64,000 nt of DNA from Candidatus Staskawiczbacteria bacterium RIFOXYB1_FULL_38_37 (GTDB lineage Bacteria > Patescibacteriota > Minisyncoccia > Minisyncoccales > Staskawiczbacteraceae). The stretch is from assembly GCA_001822075.1 (NCBI GenBank), contig MHPK01000004.1:7979-71978 (forward strand), in the 5' to 3' direction. A program made the position numbers and the translations under genes. The notes below the pieces were generated by a model. The model was not told the origin of the DNA. It ran no database searches and saw only the letters and a program-made list of their open reading frames with translations. Positions 34,707 through 42,341 of the stretch are shown piece by piece (within the stretch, counting starts at the first letter, position 1; every line of letters begins with the position of its first letter).

Positions 34707-35108
34707 CTATTCCGAGAGCCTGCCGTCAAATTCTACCTCGTTGGCTTCGGCCTCAGCTTTTGTGGCTCTTGCAATTCCGTCTTTGTGGTGGGCAGGCGAG
34801 TAAATTGTATACATATTCAGCCTTTCAGAGTTTGAGATGTTTATCACATTATGCTGGCTGCCTGCAGGCACCACTATTGCTGCGCCATCTTTAACTTCAT
34901 ACTCGTTTCCGTCAATAATGCATTTTCCCTGGCCTTTTTCAAAGCGGAAAAATTGGTCATTATCTTTATGGACTTCCATGCCAATTTCCTCGTTTGGAGC
35001 CAAAGACATTAAAACTAATTGGCTGTGCTTTCCGGTATATAATACTTTGCGAAAATTTTCATTTTCTAAAGTATCTTTTTCTATATTTGAACAAAATCCT
35101 TTTGCCAT
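34707..35108 (-). CDS. Cupin-domain protein
   Basis: GMEVHKDNDQFFRFEKGQGKCIIDGNEYEVKDGAAIVVPAGSQHNVIN. Confidence 0.7.
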   Translation of the reverse strand: MAKGFCSNIEKDTLENENFRKVLYTGKHSQLVLMSLAPNEEIGMEVHKDNDQFFRFEKGQGKCIIDGNEYEVKDGAAIVVPAGSQHNVINISNSERLNMYTIYSPAHHKDGIARATKAEAEANEVEFDGRLSE

Positions 35109-35198
35109 ATTTTTAAAAAAAATTAATAATTATAATAGCTTATTATAACTCAAATAACTCATAATATAAACGCCCCATTAAGGGGATTTTGTTAAATG

Positions 35199-35270
35199 GG
35201 GGATCGACGGGAATTGCACCCGCGACGACTCTGCCACAGAGAGTTGTGTTGCTGCTACACCACGATCCCC
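35199..35270 (-). tRNA. tRNA-His (anticodon GUG) with encoded G-1
   Basis: Reverse complement: G-1 + GGGATCG/CGATCCC + C73, anticodon stem ACTCT/AGAGT with loop CTGTGGC. Confidence 0.8.
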
Positions 35271-35304
35271 ATATTATTGCTTGCACTGAACGCAGTGAAG
35301 TGTG

Positions 35305-35376
35305 TGCCCTCGAGAGGAATCGAACCTCTATTCTAGGTTTAGAAAACCTATGTTCTATCCATTGAACTACGGGGGC
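35305..35376 (-). tRNA. tRNA-Arg (anticodon UCU)
   Basis: Reverse complement: acceptor GCCCCCG/CGAGGGC, anticodon stem TAGGT/ACCTA with loop TTTCTAA. Confidence 0.85.
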
Positions 35377-35410
35377 TTCTTACATAAAATATTATCATAC
35401 TTTTTTCTCT

Positions 35411-35439
35411 TTGACAATATGAATTTTTTGCATTAGAAT
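35411..35439 (+). promoter_or_regulatory. Promoter of the tRNA-Pro/tRNA-Gly pair
   Basis: TTGACA - 17 nt - TAGAAT, ending 10 nt before tRNA-Pro. Confidence 0.65.
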
Positions 35440-35448
35440 ATATCATAT

Positions 35449-35519
35449 CGGGGTGTCGTATAGTGGTAGTATAAACGCTTTGGGAGCGTTTGGTCTGAGT
35501 TCGATTCTCAGCACCCCGA
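35449..35519 (+). tRNA. tRNA-Pro (anticodon UGG)
   Basis: Acceptor CGGGGTG/CACCCCG, anticodon stem AACGC/GCGTT with loop TTTGGGA. Confidence 0.85.
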
Positions 35520-35531
35520 CCAAAAACTAAT

Positions 35532-35605
35532 GCGGGCATGGTGTAGCAGCAGCACGAAACCCTTCCAAGGTTTGAGCACGGGTGCAAATCCCGTTGCCCG
35601 CTCCA
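35532..35605 (+). tRNA. tRNA-Gly (anticodon UCC), CCA encoded
   Basis: Acceptor GCGGGCA/TGCCCGC, anticodon stem AAACC/GGTTT with loop CTTCCAA. Confidence 0.85.
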
Positions 35606-35615
35606 TAAAAACAAA

Positions 35616-35642
35616 AGCCCCTGTTCAGGGGCTTTTGTTTTT
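35616..35642 (+). terminator. Terminator after the tRNA pair
   Basis: GCCCCTG/CAGGGGC stem followed by TTTTGTTTTT. Confidence 0.7.
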
Positions 35643-35702
35643 ATCTTTATTTATGATAAAATAATATAAGAACAATAAAAATTAAAGATAAACACTTATC
35701 TT

Positions 35703-36263
35703 ATGTCAGAAAATTTTAAAGATTTATATCATTTTATAGACTTGGCTAGGGCCAATAGAAAATACCCGGATAATACAGCAAACAATTTAAAGTCTGCCTT
35801 AAAAATTTTTGAGAAAGAGCTTAATGCAGACGAGTCAAAATCAATAAGTATGATAGAAAACAGCATAGAAGAGATATTCAGAGATGTTGCTATTGCAAAT
35901 AAAAACAAAAGCATCTTATCTTTAAACACCTATAAAGCCCGCCTGCTAAAAGTTATAAATGACTACAAAAAATACGGCGTAGATCCTACAAAAATACAAA
36001 AGTGGACTCCAAAATTAAGGCCTGCCCGCCATAATGCGCCAGCTTTAGGCGGGAAATCCACAGGGGTGTTAATTAAAAAAGATAAAACAGATAAAGAAAA
36101 TATAAACATATCTAATTTTATCGACTCTCCTGTGGAAAGCTCCCACAAAATAGAAATTGTTTTAGAATCTGGGGCAAAAGCTGCCCTATCAATCCCCCGC
36201 GAATTAAATAAAAGCGATGCCGAAACCATAAAAGCTGTGATAAACTCTTTGACTAAGCTGTAA
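35703..36263 (+). CDS. Hypothetical protein carrying an in-frame GC-rich element
   Basis: 186-aa ORF with no recognisable domain. Contains PARHNAPALGG, encoded by the 33-nt element. Confidence 0.5.
   Translation: MSENFKDLYHFIDLARANRKYPDNTANNLKSALKIFEKELNADESKSISMIENSIEEIFRDVAIANKNKSILSLNTYKARLLKVINDYKKYGVDPTKIQKWTPKLRPARHNAPALGGKSTGVLIKKDKTDKENINISNFIDSPVESSHKIEIVLESGAKAALSIPRELNKSDAETIKAVINSLTKL
36021..36053 (+). repeat. 33-nt GC-rich palindromic element (copy A, in-frame)
   Basis: cctgcccgccataatgcgccagctttaggcggg, with terminal cccgcc/ggcggg pairing. Confidence 0.8.
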
Positions 36264-36266
36264 AAC

Positions 36267-36294
36267 TAAAAGCCGCGGCAATGCCGCGGCTTTT
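36267..36294. terminator. Bidirectional terminator between convergent genes
   Basis: aaaAGCCGCGGC-aat-GCCGCGGCTttt. Confidence 0.75.
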
Positions 36295-36301
36295 GAACAA
36301 A

Positions 36302-37834
36302 TTACCTTGCGTATTCGACTACGCGGGTCTCTCTCATTACTGTCACCTTGATTTCGCCAGGATATTTTAGCTCTTCTTCAATTTTTTCAGCAATCTGCTT
36401 TGCTATTTTTGCAGTTCCCAAGTCATCAACCCTGTCAGACCTCACGAACACCCTTATTTCTCTGCCTGCCTGAATAGCATAAGTTTTTTCAACGCCTTCA
36501 AACTTGTTTGCGATATCTTCTAAGTCCTTCAGCCTTTGCAAATAGTTTTCCAAAGTGTCTTTCCTTGCCCCGGGACGCGACCCTGAAATTGCGTCAGCAA
36601 CTTTTACAATTACAGCTTCTAAGGTTTCGGCAGGGTAGTCGTCGTGGTGGGCTTTCATGGCTTTTATAACAGCTTCCGACTCCCCAAATTTTTCTAAAAT
36701 TTTAATTCCAATGTCAATGTGAGAGCCCTGAACCTGCTGGTCAATTGCCTTTCCTATATCGTGCAAAAGCCCTGCTCTTTTTGCCACCTGGCTGTTGGCT
36801 TTTAACTCTTCAGCAATGGCTTCTGCAATCAAAGCTACCTCCATTGAGTGAAGCAAAACATTCTGGCCATAAGATGTTCTGTAATAAAGCCTGCCTAAAA
36901 TTTGCACCAGCTTGTCGTTTAAGCCAATCACTCCTATATCGTAGGCTGCTTTGTCGCCGGCTTCTTTTATTTTTTGTGCAATTTCTGTTTTTGCCTCTTC
37001 AACCTTCTCTTCAATTTTTGCAGGCTGTATTCTGCCGTCTTGTATCAGCTTATCTAAAGCCACTTTTGCAATCTGCCTTCTTATTGGATTAAACCCTGAA
37101 ATCACAACAGACTCAGGGGTTTCGTCAACAATAAGCTCAACTCCTGTAAGCTTTTCAAAAGCCCTTATATTTCTGCCTTCTTTTCCTATAATCCTGCCTT
37201 TTATATCTTCATTCTGAAGCACAATTGTGGTGGTTGTGATTTCTTGCGTTTGGGGCACAGCGCACTTTTGTATGGCAAGCGCCACAATTTCTTTTGCCCT
37301 TGCTTGAAGCTTCTCTTGGCCCTTTTCTTCCAGTTTTTTCATTCTTTCTAAAATTTCTTTTTCTTTTTCTATTTCAACAAGCTTCATAAGCTCTTTTTTG
37401 GCGTCTTCCCTTGAAAGGTCGGCAACTTTTTCTAATTTATCTTCTGCTTCGCTCCTTAATTTTTCCAAATCTTCCTTTATAAGTTTTAATTTTTCGCCCT
37501 TGTCCTGCAAGTCTTTTTCTTTTTGCTCAAAAGAAGAAATTCTTTCGTTTAAAATGCCTTCTCTGTTAAGCAAAACCTGCTGGGCTTTCAAAAACTCTCT
37601 TCTTCTTTCATCAATTTCGTTTTGAGCCTTGTCTAAAATGTCAGATGCTTTTGCCTCAGCTTTCTTAATCATTGCAGACGTTTCTTCTTTAACTTCAGCA
37701 ACTCTTTTCTGCAGTTTTGCCTCCAAGGTTCCTGCTCTTCTTTTCGCTATGTTTTGCCTGATATAATAGCCCAAAATAGAGCCTACTATCAGGCAGAGAG
37801 CTATGCCGGCTGTGTAAAAAATAATTTGATTCAT
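36302..37834 (-). CDS. rny: Ribonuclease Y
   Basis: N-terminal TM, coiled coil, KH (IIGKEGRNIRAFE) and HD (LLHDIGKA) domains. Confidence 0.9.
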   Translation of the reverse strand: MNQIIFYTAGIALCLIVGSILGYYIRQNIAKRRAGTLEAKLQKRVAEVKEETSAMIKKAEAKASDILDKAQNEIDERRREFLKAQQVLLNREGILNERISSFEQKEKDLQDKGEKLKLIKEDLEKLRSEAEDKLEKVADLSREDAKKELMKLVEIEKEKEILERMKKLEEKGQEKLQARAKEIVALAIQKCAVPQTQEITTTTIVLQNEDIKGRIIGKEGRNIRAFEKLTGVELIVDETPESVVISGFNPIRRQIAKVALDKLIQDGRIQPAKIEEKVEEAKTEIAQKIKEAGDKAAYDIGVIGLNDKLVQILGRLYYRTSYGQNVLLHSMEVALIAEAIAEELKANSQVAKRAGLLHDIGKAIDQQVQGSHIDIGIKILEKFGESEAVIKAMKAHHDDYPAETLEAVIVKVADAISGSRPGARKDTLENYLQRLKDLEDIANKFEGVEKTYAIQAGREIRVFVRSDRVDDLGTAKIAKQIAEKIEEELKYPGEIKVTVMRETRVVEYAR

Positions 37835-37842
37835 AAATAACT

Positions 37843-37915
37843 AAATTCGAAATTCGAATTTCGAAATTCGAAACTTTAAATTTGTTTCGGATTTCGGATT
37901 TCGCGCTTCGGATTT
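37843..37915. repeat. ttcgaaattcgaa dyad repeats plus tttcggat x3, upstream of rny
   Basis: aaattcgaaattcgaatttcgaaattcgaaac...tttcggatttcggatttcgcgcttcggatttt. The same ttcgaaattcgaa unit occurs inside tsaD. Confidence 0.6.
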
Positions 37916-37985
37916 TCTAACAAAATAAGCCCACTTCTCAGTGAGCGCGCACAAAACGTATTTTCAATTTAATTTTTAGAAGATT

Positions 37986-38570
37986 TTATTTGGTTGCCCC
38001 TATAACCTCGTCAATCAAGCCGTATTTCTTTGCCTCTTCAGCTGACAAATAAAAATCCCGGTCGGTGTCTTTTTCCACCTTAGATAACGGCTGGCCTGTG
38101 TGTTTTGCCAAAATGCTATTTAGCTTTTCTTTCATTTTTACAATCTGTTTTGCAGTAATCTCAATGTCTGCAGCCTGTCCTTGCATTCCTCCGGCAACCT
38201 GGTGCAAAAGTAGTTCTGCATTTGGCAAAGAAAACCTTTTACCTTTTGTGCCTGACGCCAAAATTACAGCTGCCATAGAGGCTGTAAGTCCGATGCATAT
38301 GGTAGAAACTGGGCATTTTAAATACTGCATTGTATCATAAATTGCCAGTCCTGCTGTAACCGAACCTCCGGGGCTATTAATGTAAAGCTTAATATCTCTT
38401 TTTGGGTCTTTTGACGCTAAATAAAGCATCTGGGCTATAACCACATTTGCATTTAAATCAGTAACTGCGCCCGCAAGAAAAATTATACGCTCTTCTAAAA
38501 GCCTTGAAAATATATCGTATGCGCGCTCACCGCGCTGTGTTTTTTCTACAATAGTTGGTACTATTGGCAT
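37986..38570 (-). CDS. clpP: ATP-dependent Clp protease proteolytic subunit
   Basis: [36 protein letters not shown]. Confidence 0.95.
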   Translation of the reverse strand: MPIVPTIVEKTQRGERAYDIFSRLLEERIIFLAGAVTDLNANVVIAQMLYLASKDPKRDIKLYINSPGGSVTAGLAIYDTMQYLKCPVSTICIGLTASMAAVILASGTKGKRFSLPNAELLLHQVAGGMQGQAADIEITAKQIVKMKEKLNSILAKHTGQPLSKVEKDTDRDFYLSAEEAKKYGLIDEVIGATK

Positions 38571-38587
38571 TTAAATTTTTATTAGTA

Positions 38588-39892
38588 TTATTCAGAAAAA
38601 CTTTCCAATTTTTGGAATACTTTTTCATTATATAACACGCCTTTAGTATACTCTTTTAATTGCTCAATGTCAAACTCATTTTTTGTTGATTTTGATACTT
38701 CTTCTTCAACTTCTGCATCTGAAACTTCAATATTTTCTCTTTTGCCAAGCTCTCTTAAAACTAAAAAACCTTTAAGCCGTTTTTCGGCTTCTTTTTGAAA
38801 AGTTTGGGTTAATGCTTCTTCTGTTTGTTTTACAGCCGACAAATACTGCTCAAAAGTAATTTTCATATTCTGGGTAACTTTATTTTTTAAATCTTCCATT
38901 AGTCTTTGTTTTTCGTAATCTACCATTGATTCTGGCAACTCAACTTTTACTTTTCCTGAAATTTTTTCTAAAATTTCTCCTCTTTTTCTTTGTTTTTCCT
39001 GTTCTGTTTTTTCTATTATAATGCCTTCTTTCATGCTTTGTTTTAAAGTAACTAATGTGTCAAAATTACCCATGCCTTTTGCAAACTCATCATTAATTTC
39101 AGGCAATTCCATTTTTTGAACTGATTTTAATTTCACTTTAAAAATTTTACCCGCCTGATTGCCCGAAGGGCTTTCGGCGGGCGACTTCTTTTCCCCGCCC
39201 AAAGCTTCGGCATTATGGCGGGCAGGCTGCCAATCCATTTCAAATATTTTTTCTTCACCAGCTTTCATTCCAACAATTGCATCTTCAAAGCCTCTTATAA
39301 ATCCGCCCTCTCCTAAAACAAAGTGGTCGCGCACAGATTTACCGGCATTTATATCTCTATTTTCATAATTTATTTCAACAAAGTCGCCTTTTTCAGCCGG
39401 CTCATTTTTTAAAGTCATTTTTGCCCTGCTTTTTTGCAGATATTTTAAGGAATCTTGCACTTCTTCTTCTGTAACAGAGATTTCTTTTCCCGCCGACTGG
39501 CGGATAATTTTTTTTGCGATTTCTTTGTAATTTTCTGGTAATTCAACGTCCGGTAGAACAGTAATCACGGCTGTAAAAATAAACGGATTTCCTTTTGCAA
39601 TTTTTACAATCTTAACTTCCGGCTGGCCTATTGGCTCTAAATTATTATCTTTTACATAATCAGAATAAACATGCCTTACAGCATGGTCGCCAGCTTCCAT
39701 TAACAAACTTTCCGGCTTTATTTTTTCTTCAACCAATTTATTCGGCGCCTGCCCGGGCCTGAACCCGTCAACTTTTACATGGCTTTTCATATGCGACAAA
39801 GCATGCTCAAAATGGCGCTCAAATTCTTCCGAAGTTAATTCGAATGTTATTTCTATCTGTGACTTTTCTAATTTTTTAGATTTTATATCCAT
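38588..39892 (-). CDS. tig: Trigger factor, with ~26-aa GC-rich element insertion in the PPIase region
   Basis: MDIKSKKLEKSQIEITFELTSEEF..., FKBP-type core GFEDAIVGMKAGEEK. Inserted segment PARHNAEALGGEKKSPAESPSGNQAG. Confidence 0.85.
   Translation of the reverse strand: MDIKSKKLEKSQIEITFELTSEEFERHFEHALSHMKSHVKVDGFRPGQAPNKLVEEKIKPESLLMEAGDHAVRHVYSDYVKDNNLEPIGQPEVKIVKIAKGNPFIFTAVITVLPDVELPENYKEIAKKIIRQSAGKEISVTEEEVQDSLKYLQKSRAKMTLKNEPAEKGDFVEINYENRDINAGKSVRDHFVLGEGGFIRGFEDAIVGMKAGEEKIFEMDWQPARHNAEALGGEKKSPAESPSGNQAGKIFKVKLKSVQKMELPEINDEFAKGMGNFDTLVTLKQSMKEGIIIEKTEQEKQRKRGEILEKISGKVKVELPESMVDYEKQRLMEDLKNKVTQNMKITFEQYLSAVKQTEEALTQTFQKEAEKRLKGFLVLRELGKRENIEVSDAEVEEEVSKSTKNEFDIEQLKEYTKGVLYNEKVFQKLESFSE
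39194..39226 (-). repeat. 33-nt GC-rich palindromic element (copy B, in-frame in tig)
   Basis: The minus strand reads cctgcccgccataatgccgaagctttgggcggg, which is 29 of 33 identical to copy A in the same reading frame. Confidence 0.8.
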
Positions 39893-39963
39893 AAAGCTAA
39901 CGCGTTTAATATTAAAAAAGACGCGATTTTAAATTTGCGCCTTCCCAGAAAAGATAAAAACCT

Positions 39964-40248
39964 TTATGTCAGATCTACTCCTAATTTTTGTTTTATAACA
40001 TCTTTAACTCTGTTGATATCGGCTCGCATCATCGCGAACTCATCTTCTATATCTGTCATTCTTTTTAAAAAATTATCAAGTGTTGTAGTAAGTTTATCAA
40101 ATTTTTCACTAAATTTTAAATCCAAAGCTTTGATTTTTTCCTCTAACGAGCTCATTTTTTCATCAACGGCAGTTAAGATAACTGTCGTCTGCTCGCTCAA
40201 AAGCTCTTGAATGTCTTTTTTTGTAATTTGTTGCGTTTCTTCTGCCAT
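39964..40248 (-). CDS. Small coiled-coil protein (paralog-like to 40736..40987)
   Basis: 94 aa, heptad-rich, C-terminus IKQKLGVDLT resembling IAEKLGIKLEY of the neighbour. Confidence 0.5.
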   Translation of the reverse strand: MAEETQQITKKDIQELLSEQTTVILTAVDEKMSSLEEKIKALDLKFSEKFDKLTTTLDNFLKRMTDIEDEFAMMRADINRVKDVIKQKLGVDLT

Positions 40249-40265
40249 ATTTTTATTGCTTATAT

Positions 40266-40440
40266 TTTTATCTTATCAGCTTAAAATCCATTGTCAATTA
40301 TACGCATTAAATCACCTATAAATAACTCATCGACAACTGTCGGTGAGTTATTCGAGCTTTAATCGCTCAGACGCATCTGAGCGATTGGATTTAGAGCCGA
40401 AAAAGGTACCTGACCCCTTTATCTTTGACCCCTTTATCTT
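40266..40440 (-). repeat. ~170-bp intergenic module R1 copy 1 (two hairpins + promoter)
   Basis: Near-identical to 41171..41340 (about ten substitutions). Hairpins aataactcatcgaca/tgtcggtgagttatt and aatcgctcaga/tctgagcgatt. On the minus strand: TTGACA-16-TAAGAT. Confidence 0.8.
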
Positions 40441-40478
40441 ACACTATTAAAATTTTTTTCATAGATTTTATTTTTTAA

Positions 40479-40574
40479 TTTTAATAATAATTACCTAATT
40501 ATACCACAACTTTTAACGGCTCACCCTCAAACAGGTTGAGCCGTTGGATTAAAAAGAATGGTGGCTGACCCCAT
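40479..40574 (-). repeat. Intergenic module R3 copy 1 (hairpin + extended -10)
   Basis: tttaataataattacctaattataccacaa...acggctca..gttgagccgttggatt, matching 41807..41910. The minus strand reads TGGTATAAT. Confidence 0.75.
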
Positions 40575-40664
40575 TTACACAATGTAATGCTCAAATTCTT
40601 CCGAAGTCAGTTCAAAAGTTAATTCTATCTGTGACTTTTCTATTTTCTTTTGTGTAGCTTTCAT
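40575..40664 (-). pseudogene. Duplicated 5' fragment of tig (29 codons then stop)
   Basis: Translates MKATQKKIEKSQIELTFELTSEEFEHYIV*, against tig MDIKSKKLEKSQIEITFELTSEEFERHF. DNA 40589..40733 aligns to 39817..39958 including the upstream region. Confidence 0.8.
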
Positions 40665-40735
40665 AATATATATTTATTTTAATATTAAAAAAAGACGCGA
40701 TTTAAAATTTGCGCCTTCCCAGAAAAGACAAAAAA

Positions 40736-40987
40736 TTAATATTCTAATTTTATCCCAAGCTTTTCAGCGATCTGTAAAAGCCACTTATCGTGCCGATTAA
40801 CTTTTTCAGATAGCATGGTCATTTCCTGAAAATAAGTGTCAGCTTTTGTTGCATAAGCGTCAACCGATGCCTGAAGATTGCTGAAATCTTTTCTATATTC
40901 ATCTCTAAAGTTTTCAAAATCAAGCTTTGTGATAAAAACTTCTTCCTGCGCCTTTATTAATTTTTGTATATCTTCGTTATCCAACAT
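40736..40987 (-). CDS. Small coiled-coil protein
   Basis: 83 aa. Its ATG lies 2 nt after the stop of the upstream zinc-ribbon ORF. Confidence 0.5.
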   Translation of the reverse strand: MLDNEDIQKLIKAQEEVFITKLDFENFRDEYRKDFSNLQASVDAYATKADTYFQEMTMLSEKVNRHDKWLLQIAEKLGIKLEY

Positions 40988-40989
40988 AT

Positions 40990-41166
40990 TTAATTTGTTT
41001 CAACTTTATTTTTTTCTGGTTTTATAAATTTATGCTTCTTCAAAAAATTTATAATTGGCAAACCACATTTGTCGCACAATTCGGCTTTTGACCAATATCC
41101 AAATCCAGCCGTTATCGGCTTCTCTTTAATTTCTTTTTTACACAGATCGCACTTTACAATGTTCAT
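40990..41166 (-). CDS. 58-aa zinc-ribbon protein (CxxC...CxxC), not in ORF track
   Basis: Hand translation: MNIVKCDLCKKEIKEKPITAGFGYWSKAELCDKCGLPIINFLKKHKFIKPEKNKVETN*. Translationally coupled to 40736..40987. Confidence 0.5.
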   Translation of the reverse strand: MNIVKCDLCKKEIKEKPITAGFGYWSKAELCDKCGLPIINFLKKHKFIKPEKNKVETN

Positions 41167-41170
41167 ATGC

Positions 41171-41340
41171 TTTTATCTTACCAGCTTAAAACCCATTGTC
41201 AATTATACGCATTAAATCATCTATAAATAACTCATCGACAACTGTCGGTGAGTTATTCGAGCTTTAATCGCTCAGACGCGTCTGAACGATTGGATTTAGA
41301 GCTGAAAAAGGTACCCGCCCCTTTTATCTTCTTTTATCTT
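41171..41340 (-). repeat. Intergenic module R1 copy 2
   Basis: See 40266..40440. Confidence 0.8.
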
Positions 41341-41347
41341 TTATGCA

Positions 41348-41797
41348 TCAACTAAAAAATAAAGCTTTGAAAATAAGAAAAAATAAAACAACGACAACAG
41401 CTATTGTGGTATAAATCCATATTCTTTTTTGGGCTGGTTGATTTTCGTGACGATCTGAGAACGAACCGATTAGATATCCTATAAAAAAATAAATTAAAAG
41501 ATTTATAATAACTACACCAATAAAACTAGACCAATTATCACAACCCATAAAACTTGATGGATGACAATATTCTTCTGCAAAAGAACTTCCAAAAACAGCA
41601 AAAAAATATGGGGAAAGAAGAACGCCAATAATACTTATTAATAATGAGATTAATACAAGTATAGCTGGTGCCGTGGGTATTAAATCTATTTTGAGAGATT
41701 GCAACCCAAGACTTACGGGTATTATATAAAAAGCAACGATAGCTATAACTAAATAAATAGACGCCGTAATTAATCCGAACTTTAAGGATTTTTTCAT
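41348..41797 (-). CDS. Hypothetical four-TM membrane protein
   Basis: 149-aa hydrophobic ORF lying between R3 copy 2 and R1 copy 2. Confidence 0.5.
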   Translation of the reverse strand: MKKSLKFGLITASIYLVIAIVAFYIIPVSLGLQSLKIDLIPTAPAILVLISLLISIIGVLLSPYFFAVFGSSFAEEYCHPSSFMGCDNWSSFIGVVIINLLIYFFIGYLIGSFSDRHENQPAQKRIWIYTTIAVVVVLFFLIFKALFFS

Positions 41798-41806
41798 AAA
41801 ATTACA

Positions 41807-41910
41807 TTTTTAATAATAATTACCTAATTATACCACAATTTTAACGGCTCAACCTGTTTTAAGTTGAGCCGTTGGATTTAGAGCTGAAAAAGGCTCCTGC
41901 CCCCATTTAA
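41807..41910 (-). repeat. Intergenic module R3 copy 2
   Basis: See 40479..40574. Confidence 0.75.
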
Positions 41911-41938
41911 CATTTAACACATTTAACACAAAGGAGGG

Positions 41939-42265
41939 TTATTTTTCGTATCTTTTGTCTATTTTTTCCATTTTTTTCTCCAAAGCTTTTTCAATATCAA
42001 CATTCATAGCATTTGCAAGCAACAAACTTGTAATAATAACATCGGCAAATTCTTCTGCTAAATTGCCTTCTACAATATTATCTAATTTATCTTTTCTTTG
42101 CATAGAATTATATGCTAAAACTTCATCACATAGCTCACCAAACTCTTCTGCCAGCTTCACCGTTCTGGCAAGTATACGTTTTTCTTCGTCAGGATAATTT
42201 CCATATCTGTTTCTCAACCTTTCATCTTCCTTTTTTATAAAACTTATTAAATCTTTAAACTCCAT
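41939..42265 (-). CDS. MazG-like nucleotide pyrophosphohydrolase
   Basis: LAEEFGELCDEVL and EEFADVIITSLLLANAMNVDIEKAL (EExxE/D pairs). Confidence 0.7.
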   Translation of the reverse strand: MEFKDLISFIKKEDERLRNRYGNYPDEEKRILARTVKLAEEFGELCDEVLAYNSMQRKDKLDNIVEGNLAEEFADVIITSLLLANAMNVDIEKALEKKMEKIDKRYEK

Positions 42266-42341
42266 AAATTTATTTTTTATATTAAAAAATTAATAAAACT
42301 TTACGCCCCGTCCCGATTTTATCGAGGACGGGGCGATTAAA

